Below are positions 1 to 7,447 of a DNA stretch of 7,447 nucleotides, in pieces (within the stretch, counting starts at the first letter, position 1; each line of letters starts with the position of its first letter). The stretch covers positions 1 through 7,447 of the forward strand of contig NW_021828934.1 of NCBI RefSeq assembly GCF_006345805.1, written 5' to 3'. The position numbers and the translations under genes are program-made. The notes below the pieces were generated by a model, which was not told the origin of the DNA, searched no databases, and was given only the letters and a program-made list of their open reading frames with translations. The DNA comes from Octopus sinensis. Its lineage: Eukaryota.

Positions 1-132
1 ATTATTTACGTCCATTTTCGCATTTGTCCATTTCCTTTAGAAAGTCCACAACGTCCAATTCCCATTCCACACAAGCACGCAGACGCGCACATACATACAA
101 CACACACACATACATATGTATGTTTGTAAATA

Positions 133-140
<8 letters not shown>

Positions 141-171
<31 letters not shown>
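141..171. repeat. (TA)n microsatellite
   Basis: Perfect TA run inside a CA/TA/TACA-rich zone at 68-450. Confidence 0.95.
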
Positions 172-173
<2 letters not shown>

Positions 174-418
174 ATGTTTTTATGTACGTATGTATACAAA
201 CATACATACATACATACAAGCATGTATATCTTTTCATATGAAAGCTCTTACAGTTGTATCTTCCATTTTCTCTCTTTCTTTGTCTCTATTATATGATGAT
301 GTATAAGTCTATGCGTGTACCACACGTACAAATACGCGTGCGCGCGTATTTAGACATATATGTGTTTGTGCATTATGCTACATATCTATCTATTTATATA
401 TATTTATATATACTGTGC

Positions 419-450
<32 letters not shown>

Positions 451-579
451 TTATATATTTATAAATTCATAGATTTAACCACTTAGCAGTAACTCTCTTA
501 TATTTAAGTATATATATATATTTATATATATATATGTACTGCGATGGTTTTAAGCAGGGTTGATTTTTACAATTCTTTA

Positions 580-700
580 AATAATAATAATAATAATGAT
601 TAAAATAATGATAATAATAATAATAATAATGATAATATTAATAATAATAATAATAATAATGATAATAATAATAATATTAATGATAATAATAATAATAATG

Positions 701-732
<32 letters not shown>

Positions 733-755
733 TATATAGTAGTAATAATAATAAT
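580..755. repeat. (AAT)n microsatellite with interspersed GAT/ATT variants
   Basis: About 175 bp of aat triplets with gat substitutions, interrupted near 729-742. Confidence 0.95.
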
Positions 756-868
756 ATATGTATACATATATTATAAAGTTTTTTGCTTATAAGCAATCAT
801 CGCGCAATAACTCCAGAAAACAGTCTAATAATGGGGCATATAAGCCCTCGGCAGAAATGTGGACATTC

Positions 869-942
869 CTCTACGCGTGGGACTCGAACTCCACGCCCCC
901 TTATTTACTCGACCAAGTGTGCTACTGCAACACCAACGCACA
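869..942 (-). pseudogene. tRNA-Thr(AGT)-like unit, inverted partner of 1069-1141
   Basis: The minus strand reads tgtgcgt tg gtgt-tgcagta-gcac ac ttggt-cgAGTaa-ataag ggggc gtgga-gttcgagt-cccac gcgtaga g. It has a paired D-arm, the B-box GTTCGAGTCC and anticodon AGT (plus-strand 907-909). There is one extra base in the T-arm and the acceptor stem is weaker. Confidence 0.55.
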
Positions 943-1068
943 AACATGCTTCTTTCTGTCAGATTTAAGGACTGTAATTAGTTCGTAGTTGCTTTTGTAA
1001 ACCATCGCAGTAAAAAGCACATGAAAGTTTGTTTACAAAAACAATTACGAACTAATTATAGTTCTTGC

Positions 1069-1141
1069 TGTTCGTTGCTGCAACGGTAGTACATTTGGTC
1101 GCGTAAACAAAGAGGTGTGGGTTCAAGTCCCACACGTACGG
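1069..1141 (+). tRNA. tRNA-Thr(CGT)-like 73-nt cloverleaf (likely tRNA-derived repeat unit or pseudogene)
   Basis: Acceptor stem tgttcgt/acgtacg (one mismatch). D-arm ctgc-aacggta-gtac. Anticodon arm ttggt-cgCGTaa-acaaa with CGT at positions 34-36 (1102-1104). Variable loop gaggt. Perfect T-arm gtggg-TTCAAGT-cccac (B-box GGTTCAAGTCC). T9 run at 1152-1160. Non-canonical G33 and stem mismatches argue against a working tRNA. Confidence 0.55.
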
Positions 1142-1151
1142 GAAAACCTAA

Positions 1152-1160
1152 TTTTTTTTT
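1152..1160 (+). terminator. Possible RNA polymerase III terminator (T9)
   Basis: Run of 9 T about 10 nt downstream of the plus-strand tRNA-like unit. The equivalent position in the left arm has only T3. Confidence 0.35.
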
Positions 1161-1254
1161 CTGCCGAGGGCTTATATACCCCATTATTAGACTACTTTCT
1201 GTAGTTTTTGCGAGGTGAACGTTTATACGCTTTAAGCTTATAAAATACTATTAT

Positions 1255-1256
<2 letters not shown>

Positions 1257-1287
<31 letters not shown>

Positions 1288-1338
1288 ATATATATATATA
1301 TCATATATATATCATATATATAGATATATATATATATA
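1257..1338. repeat. (TA)n microsatellite, interrupted
   Basis: TA run with occasional tc/ga interruptions. Confidence 0.95.
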
Positions 1339-1339
1339 C

Positions 1340-1431
1340 AATCAAATAAGCAACAAGGATATCCAGAGGTAATGCAATACGATCGTTTCATGCGACTCCA
1401 TTTAATTGAACAACTGTGATGTTGTTGGTAA

Positions 1432-1432
<1 letters not shown>
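1340..1432 (-). mobile_element. Probable truncated Penelope-like element terminal fragment with the 3' half of a minimal hammerhead ribozyme
   Basis: The minus strand at 1389-1378 reads GAA-ACGATCGT-A: GAAA core, palindromic stem III and a GUA cleavage triplet. No CTGANGA half was found. The fragment is a short complex island between (TA)n and (CA)n tracts. Confidence 0.4.

Positions 1433-1433
<1 letters not shown>

Positions 1434-1498
<65 letters not shown>
1434..1498. repeat. Compound (CA)n-(TA)n microsatellite
   Basis: CA run at 1434-1462 followed by a TA run to ~1498. Confidence 0.95.
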
Positions 1499-1499
<1 letters not shown>

Positions 1500-1558
1500 G
1501 TGTGTGTTTGTATGTATACATATATTTGTTTATATAAATTTTAAAAAATATGCACCTT

Positions 1559-1650
1559 TCTATCTATCTGTCTGTCTGTCTGTCTATCTTCCTCTCTATT
1601 TACCTGTCTATCAACTATCTTCTGCTTATCGATCAATCTCTGTATGTATG
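1559..1650. repeat. (TCTA)n/(TCTG)n tetranucleotide repeat, decaying
   Basis: tctatctatctgtctgtctgtctgtctatct followed by degenerate copies. Confidence 0.85.
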
Positions 1651-1658
1651 TAGGTATT

Positions 1659-2250
1659 AGCCATGTACATATGGGAACTGTACTGGGACCACTACTGTTA
1701 GAAGTGGCTCTCTCAGACGAAGAGCGTGAAACTCGTGGTGGAACTTGAGGCAATCCAGCGCCACTACACAAAAGGAGGTTGACTCGGTCAAACAGATGAG
1801 CTACTGGAAAAAGTTACAAGAACTGAAGCTCTAGTCTCTTAGGAGAAGGAACGAAACGTCTGTAATGATACGCAAATTGAAGTTCTTGGAAGGTCTTGCT
1901 CCCAACAATGAAATTAAAAGCTTTAACATCCACCGAACTGGATGGCATTCTATAATACCAAAGATCCCGTCTTCGTCATCTGAAATAAGGGCCCAGTATT
2001 GCAACAGCTTGGGTTTCAGGAGACCACAACTGTTTAGCCTCCTGCCAAGGAAACCTTGCAGATCTGCAAAGTGTAGATGTGGAAACGTTCACCTGGAAAA
2101 AATTCTATCTGAAATCCAAGATGAGCCCAGATTGCAACTGGAGGCATACCAAATAGTACCGAAACGGGAGCGCAAAACACTGAAAGGCAGTGCTCCAACA
2201 TGGCCACAGACTCTGGTCGAAACCAGTCAAAAGGGTAAGAGAATAAATAA
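1659..2250 (+). mobile_element. Degenerate CR1/L2-type LINE remnant (RT motif, ORF2 C-terminus and 3' tail)
   Basis: 1659-1718 translates SHVHMGTVLGPLLLEVALSD, like the non-LTR RT motif SGVPQGSVLGPLLF..Y..D. From 1723 it gives SVKLVVELEAIQRHYTK, then a frameshift, then MSYWKKLQELKL*SLRRR (stop at 1832-1834), KFLEGLAPN, YCNSLGFRRPQLFSLLP and LEKILSEIQDEP. These are typical CR1-group C-terminal motifs (LE.VQRRATK; Y.ERL..L.L.SLE.RR). The 3' tail 2186-2250 ends in a purine/A-rich run. This element explains ORF 1865..2329. Confidence 0.85.
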
Positions 2251-2403
2251 TATACACATACACATATACACAAACACACACGCAGACACACACATATATA
2301 AATACATACATATTTATATGGAGAAATAGGTTTATAGTTAGATAAAATGGTTACCACTTTATAAACATAGATATATAAACAGATATATGTTACTATAAAT
2401 GAT

Positions 2404-2458
<55 letters not shown>

Positions 2459-2502
2459 AGACTAAAGTTTAGAACTATAAATACACACACACACACACAC
2501 AC
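2404..2502. repeat. (TA)n-(TG)n tract followed by an (AC)n tract
   Basis: TA at 2404-2420, TG at ~2424-2456, a ~26-nt spacer, then AC at ~2483-2502. Confidence 0.95.
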
Positions 2503-3154
2503 TTATATTTCTATATGAATATAAAGAATATAGAGATTTATGCGTATATATATGCACATTTATAATATATATATATATACAAGTATATAAAATATATTAT
2601 ATATATATATTGACTGATTGATAGATAGATTAGCTTATAGATTGATTGATAGAAATATTGACAGATAGGTAGATGGATAAAGAAGCTGAAACACTGAGAG
2701 ATTGATTGACGAATAGAGAGCCAGGGATGGAGATAGATTTAGATATAGATACAGATATAATGAACCACACCCACACACTCTTGTATATAACACAACCTGC
2801 GCTGAATTCCGACAACCTATGAAAGTGCATAAAAGGAATTACAACCATAAATTCTAATTTATCCTTTAATTCTAGCTGACACCTCAAAATGGGAACTTAT
2901 GATTTACTTATCACCAACCATCAATTTATTCCTCCCCTCACATCAAACCTGCTGTTATAATTTTTGCCTGTGGTTTTTATATTTATAACATTGTGGTTTT
3001 ATTATTCGTGTTGTTGCTGTTGTTGTTGTTTAATGTTGTTTGCAAGCATTAACCTGAAATGCATGTGGCATACTTAAGTAAACCTTGTTAGTGTTCTCAC
3101 TGCTACCCATTATGTTCCACATCTAAATTCTGCTTTGCTATAGCTTAATCACTC

Positions 3155-3530
3155 ATGTACATATATACATACATATACATACATGTTATATATATATACA
3201 CATATATATGATATATGTATATATATATCTATAATATAATATATATATATAGTATAAATACAGATATATATATATAAAATATAATATATATATACATATA
3301 TATAATATGTATGCATATAATATATATATACACACATATATATATATATCATATGGTATATACATATATGTGTGTGTGTGTATATAAATGTATGTATATA
3401 TACATATGCATATGTGTGGATATATACGTGTATATATATATATATATATATATAGCACAGATAGATAGATAGATAAATTCATAAATATATCGACATGTTT
3501 CTACTTATACATATGTATATATATATATAT
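3155..3530. repeat. Long degenerate TA/TACA/TAGA low-complexity tract
   Basis: About 375 bp of interrupted TA repeats. It produces the spurious YI-rich ORFs. Confidence 0.9.
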
Positions 3531-3597
3531 GGATATAAAGTGGTGTGCGTCTATTGGACATACTTTTGTGCTTGTTCGTGTGAGTGTAGAAACGCAT

Positions 3598-3643
3598 ACA
3601 CACACCAACACACACCAACACACACACCAACACACACACCAAC
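3598..3643. repeat. Four tandem (CA)3-4-CCAA units (10-12 bp)
   Basis: acacaccaac acacaccaac acacacaccaac acacacaccaac. Confidence 0.85.
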
Positions 3644-3815
3644 TCATATTCATATAGCTACATGCATATTTATAGATTGATTTATTGAGTTGACAAGATG
3701 CATATATAAATGTTTCTAAGTCATATTCCATAAATCCTGTGCAGATGTATACGTGTGTGTATAAACACATAGTATACAGCACACAAATATACACACATAC
3801 ATACACACACATTTA

Positions 3816-4199
3816 TCTCTCTCTATATAAACGGCAGTTTGTCTGTGCGTTTTCTGTGTGTCTGTTTTCTCGTACCCTCACTCTGACCACGGCTTTCAAC
3901 CAATTCTGATGAAACTTGACACACACATAGCCCAATGTCATAATTCAAAACTAACGCAGCGAAAATTTTGAAAAGTTCCCCCAGTTCTGAAAAAAATCGA
4001 TAAATTCGACATGGGGTCGAGAATTAGAAACCCAAACCACAGACCGTCTAGGGGACGCAACTCCACCTTTTTTAACTCTCAAATAAAATTTACCATAATT
4101 TTTTTTCCATTTTTTTGCTATTTTTTGGCTATAACTCTCTAAAAATGCTTTATAGTTATTTCCCTTACAAACCTGAGCAACGCCGGGCGATACTGCTAG
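3816..4199 (+). mobile_element. Non-autonomous Helitron (384 bp)
   Basis: Starts with TC (tctctctctatataaa) right after A3815 and ends with CTAG (4196-4199) before T4200, giving an A|T insertion site with no TSD. Subterminal GC hairpin cctgagc-aac-gccggg (4172-4187) lies 8 nt before CTAG. There is a gtctgt-type tract near the 5' end and no ORF. Confidence 0.85.
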
Positions 4200-4221
4200 T
4201 ATATTGATAAATAGTTAAAGT

Positions 4222-4255
<34 letters not shown>

Positions 4256-4268
4256 GGGAGAGAGTGAG
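4222..4268. repeat. (GA)n microsatellite
   Basis: gagagaga run with a few interruptions. Confidence 0.95.
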
Positions 4269-4637
4269 ATGGAGATGAAAGCTTATACATATAATAGTTT
4301 TAGCATACATGCACGCATACTTCATATTTGTTTATATATGTCTATCTCTATCAAGGTGTCTATCTATCTCTGTCCCTCTCTACCCAGCCTTCTCTGTATA
4401 TGTCTTCCTGTCTATATACAATGCATACTTTCACCTACCCATCTGCTCATATATGTGTGTGATGTATCTGTGTGGCATTGTATAGCGAAATACTTCGGAT
4501 ACAGACACAGGTATATGGATAAAGAGAGAGCAAAATTCTTTAATACCCATAACAGGGTATGGTTTTCATAATTCCAACGTACCCCAATTTTGTTCGGTGA
4601 AGTTGATTGTTTATGGAAAATAATAAATTAAGCTTAC

Positions 4638-4660
4638 ACTCTACGCTGGTATATTATCAC
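4638..4660 (-). other. Candidate 23-nt microexon (or start of an exon) of a minus-strand host gene
   Basis: Minus strand: branch-like CTAAT (4688-4684), pyrimidine tract tcctgttctaccttctgcAG, exon GTGATAATATACCAGCGTAGAGT, then donor GTAAGC. Only one frame is open (VIIYQRR). Confidence 0.3.
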
Positions 4661-5194
4661 CTGCAGAAGGTAGAACAGGATATATTAGAATTTGCCATAT
4701 TCGAAAGTAATAAGATTGTGAGGTAGGATACTTCAACAAATTTATTTATGTCACTAAAACAGCCTTTTCTCGATTAGAAGAGATTTCAGCAGAAACTGAT
4801 TTCTATAACAATTTTTTATTTAAAATATTTTTGGTCTTGGTTGCAAGATACAGAATGTGAACCTGTATGCTGAAGCATATTGTGTTGCACACGCACTGAC
4901 ACTGAATCACTTCTTTACTTACGTTAGTCAATCGTTCAACCATTTAATCAATGAATTAATCGATGGATAAAATTATTAATTTCGTAATCGATGATTGTAT
5001 GATAGATGTGAGCGTATTACCCAAAATAGATTAGAGACTTGTGAGTTCAATATCAAAGGTAGGTAGATTCAACACACGACATTGATAGGGAAGGCATGGA
5101 TGTTAAATAATTCTGAACGGAAAAGAGTAGAGACGAAATCAATCGCAAATCTTTGAGTTAAGTCAAATGGAACAGAAGAGAGAAGCTTTTCACT

Positions 5195-5505
5195 TTCTTC
5201 TTTTATATTTTTCAGTCATTACACTTCGGACATGCTGGAGCATCGCCGTCAAGATTTTTTAGTCGAAGGAGTCGACTATAGCGATTGTGGACTTTTAAAG
5301 CTGGATACTTAATCTATCGGTTACAGGGACTTACACACATCAACACCGATTGTCAAGCAATGGTACTGGACAATCACAAAGGCACAATCACAAACGATTT
5401 CCCCCCCCATGTACATATATGTGTATAGAGATAGATAGATAGATAGATAGATAGATATGTGTTTGTAAACGACGGTCGTCTTTCTGCTTTGCAGTTTATT
5501 TCTAC
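5195..5505 (-). mobile_element. Degenerate SINE body and 3' tail (Octopus-type SINE from recall; tRNA head not visible)
   Basis: Plus-strand blocks tttcagtcatt..catgctggagcatcgcc..tttagtcga..tacttaatctatcgg..gggact..acac..caacaccgattgtcaagcaatggt, an internal microsatellite, then acgacgg resemble an abundant octopus SINE as I recall it. The 3' tail is visibly homologous to the LINE tail at 2186-2240. Boundaries are approximate. Confidence 0.7.
5429..5457. repeat. (AGAT)n microsatellite inside the SINE
   Basis: About 7 copies of agat. Confidence 0.95.
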
Positions 5506-6003
5506 GAGTGTATATGGATATTCGTTGAGCGAAGTCGTACCTCGTTCATATATTCATGGATACTCCTGAAGTTACGCTATGGAATACCGTCCCGATGATA
5601 AAAATAGGTAATATTTTTTAAAACTTTAAGCTGGAAACAGGATCTTGAATGCGGTTAAACGAAAGTTTTAATTCATTTTCTTTCGATTGCTAGCCCATTA
5701 TGTAGTGTGTTATTCTCGGTGTATTTATGGTGGTAATACTGTATTTTGAAGTCCATTTTTTGGCACGTGTGAAGCACATAGCCAAGCCCTTGTTATAATT
5801 ATGTATGTAATTATATAATATATATATATATATATATGTGTATATTATATATACACTTCTGTAGTTTATATGCAAATACGCGCACACATACACACAATAC
5901 CACACAGACATACATGCATACATACATACAGTAGACAGACAGACAGGCACATATCTTTTGTGTGCAGAAATGCATTCTTTATGTATATATTGCTATATGT
6001 CTG

Positions 6004-6019
6004 TATATATATATATGTG

Positions 6020-6084
<65 letters not shown>

Positions 6085-6086
6085 TA
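6004..6086. repeat. (TA)n microsatellite, interrupted
   Basis: TA runs with short interruptions. Confidence 0.95.
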
Positions 6087-6582
6087 CAAATTGAGATAGG
6101 TGTTGTAAATGCAACCCTCCATGGGATAACATATATCCAAATACTGCTAGTGAAGTACCCAACAAAGTTAATACATAAATGTTAAGGATTGCGATGCAAT
6201 CAATACATTTACTGTATTATATGGGTTGAGGTGTCGAGGTGTGTGAAAATGTGTATGTGTACGTATGTATGTTTTTGTACGTATAGGTATGTTCGTGGGT
6301 GGATGTACGGATGTATGTTTTTCTTATACATTGTGTGCGAATGTTCTCTGATACATTATATGAGAGTGTATTAATATTTATGAGTATATGCGGATGTGCG
6401 TGTGAGTGTGTGTGTTAGTGTATAGACACTGCTCCTTTTTTTGATTTGTCTATAAGCCATGCGATGACAGACATGCACTCTGCAATCTAGTGAATGTGTA
6501 GGGATGTGTCGGGTGTTGTATTCATGTTGGTGTGCATGTTGTGTGTGGGTTTTTATGTGGACGTGTGGGTTTTTTTTAGGGT

Positions 6583-6632
6583 TGGATGTGGATGTGGATG
6601 TTTTTCTTGTGCGGTGGGTGGAGGTGGAGGTC
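6583..6632. repeat. (GGATGT)3 and (GGAGGT)-type hexamer repeats
   Basis: tggatgtggatgtggatg and ggtgggtggaggtggaggt. Confidence 0.7.
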
Positions 6633-7074
6633 GGGCGGCTCTCAACGGACCAACCATGAGGTAGACATTGATAATTTAAATTCAAAGCCAATAGTACAAT
6701 TATGTCATAAGGAAAATTACTAACTGGAACCCAGACATACATATGTGCCACTTCGGATCCTAATGTAAGCGTTATTAATAATATTATGTATGATAATAAT
6801 GGTAGCATTAATGGTATTGACAACGATAATGATGCTAACTTTAATGACACTTTGGAAATTAGTAGGAAGTAATATAATGTACTATTGACTATGTATATTT
6901 GCATCTAGGTGCTAATATGTGTATGTTTATTATTACAATATTAAGTTGAAGAACTGAAACGTTGAGTATGGAACATATATATGTTTACTAATTTATATTA
7001 TTTATTTACATTATTATGTATATGTATATTTTTATGTGTATAGGAGTGTGAGTATATGCACTCATATGTATGTG

Positions 7075-7205
7075 TATATCTCCGATGAGGCCTTATGATA
7101 TTTTTGTAAATGTCTCATTTATATCTATATATTGACCTACCATAAAAGGCTAATATTGTTAAAATGAGACATACATATCTAATGACCGAAACAGCTGTAG
7201 ATGTA
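7075..7205 (+). ncRNA. Degenerate type I hammerhead ribozyme motif (Penelope-like-element type) with a long stem II
   Basis: CCGATGA (7082-7088; consensus CTGANGA with U4 changed to C). Stem II ggcc/gacc (7089-7092/7184-7187) is extended by gatat/atatc and a perfect 11-bp atgtctcattt/aaatgagacat. GAAA at 7188-7191, palindromic stem III ACAGCTGT (7191-7198), GUA triplet, and stem I tatatc/gatgta. Confidence 0.6.
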
Positions 7206-7447
7206 ATCTATACTTATATTTATATTTACTTATATTTATATTCTCTTTTTTATATATATTCTACTTATTATACAACATTACTCTTTTATGTACACTTTTT
7301 TATGTATATCCCTTTATGTACACTGATTTGTTATGCTTTTTTATGTTTAACCCTACAGTCTCTTATGTGGTGGTTTTAATAAAGTATGTGATTGAGTATT
7401 ATCTGGTAATTGATATTTGATTTAGATGTATTTCTCCATTTTCTTAT

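Larger units (their letters stand above)
771..1243. mobile_element. Long imperfect inverted repeat (foldback/MITE-like element) carrying two divergent tRNA-like units
   Basis: The left arm (~771-1002) is the reverse complement of the right arm (~1031-1243), with a 28-nt spacer. Anchor 1: agtctaataatggggcatataagccctcggcagaa (822-856) vs 1159-1193, 1 mismatch in 35. Anchor 2: actgtaattagttcgtagttgcttttgtaaac (971-1002) vs gtttacaaaaacaattacgaactaattatagt (1031-1062), 3 mismatches in 32. The left arm has ~20 extra nt near 945-968. Flanked by AT-rich microsatellites. The inverted repeat is seen directly; mobility is inferred. Confidence 0.8.
6088..7447 (+). mobile_element. Possible Penelope-like element remnant or pLTR hosting the hammerhead
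   Basis: A complex block that begins right after a (TA)n tract. It contains TG-rich and AAT-rich decayed segments, the hammerhead motif and a downstream AATAAA (7378-7383). No RT or GIY-YIG motif was recognised and boundaries are uncertain. Confidence 0.3.

Noticed and set aside
330-351. Hairpin aaatacgcg-tgcg-cgcgtattt
   Set aside because: It is short and embedded in decayed alternating purine-pyrimidine repeats, where such palindromes arise easily.
2-472. ORFs 2..223, 24..296, 37..237 and 254..472
   Set aside because: They are translations of TA/CA microsatellites (YIYI, HTHT, CVCV) with no protein-like composition.
580-755. Regularly spaced repeats as a CRISPR array
   Set aside because: It is a simple trinucleotide microsatellite with no unique spacers, in a eukaryotic context.
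758-988. ORFs 758..988 and 783..968
   Set aside because: They lie in the left arm of the palindrome, antisense to the tRNA-like unit, and show no recognisable motif.
1865-2329. 154-aa ORF as a functional gene
   Set aside because: It is a fragment of a disrupted LINE ORF2, with an upstream stop and frameshifts, and it runs into a microsatellite.
2424-2502. (TG)n and (AC)n tracts able to form a hairpin
   Set aside because: Complementary dinucleotide tracts are common throughout this window, and the spacer has no specific structure.
3149-3812. ORFs 3149..3352, 3186..3482, 3495..3680 and 3501..3812
   Set aside because: They are low-complexity repeat translations.
3906-3915. CTGATGAAAC as a hammerhead core
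   Set aside because: No stem II separates CTGATGA from GAAA, and it is an internal motif of the Helitron.
6186-6199. CTAG near 6147 and palindrome gattgcgatgcaatc (6187-6201) as a second Helitron end
   Set aside because: atactgctagt at 6141-6151 matches the Helitron terminus, but there is no GC hairpin upstream and no further similarity. The nearby palindrome is on the wrong side.
6371-6904. 177-aa minus-strand ORF
   Set aside because: It is the antisense of TG-rich and AAT-rich low-complexity DNA, with no domain signature.

Overview
Very AT-rich, microsatellite-dense eukaryotic non-coding DNA, probably intronic or intergenic. From recall, not a search, the repeat repertoire looks cephalopod (Octopus-like). 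No intact protein-coding gene is supported: most listed ORFs are translations of (TA)n, (CA)n or (TG)n repeats. Supported content: (1) a ~470 bp imperfect palindrome (771-1243) whose arms each carry a full-length tRNA-Thr-like cloverleaf, arranged head-to-head and pointing outward; (2) a decayed, internally deleted CR1/L2-type LINE (1659-2250); (3) a 384 bp non-autonomous Helitron with intact termini (3816-4199); (4) a minus-strand SINE (~5195-5505) whose 3' tail matches the LINE tail in this window; (5) Penelope-type minimal hammerhead ribozyme remnants at 7075-7205, a half-core at 1378-1389 and a weak one at 5552-5650; (6) a candidate 23-nt minus-strand microexon with good splice signals (4638-4660); (7) many microsatellites.
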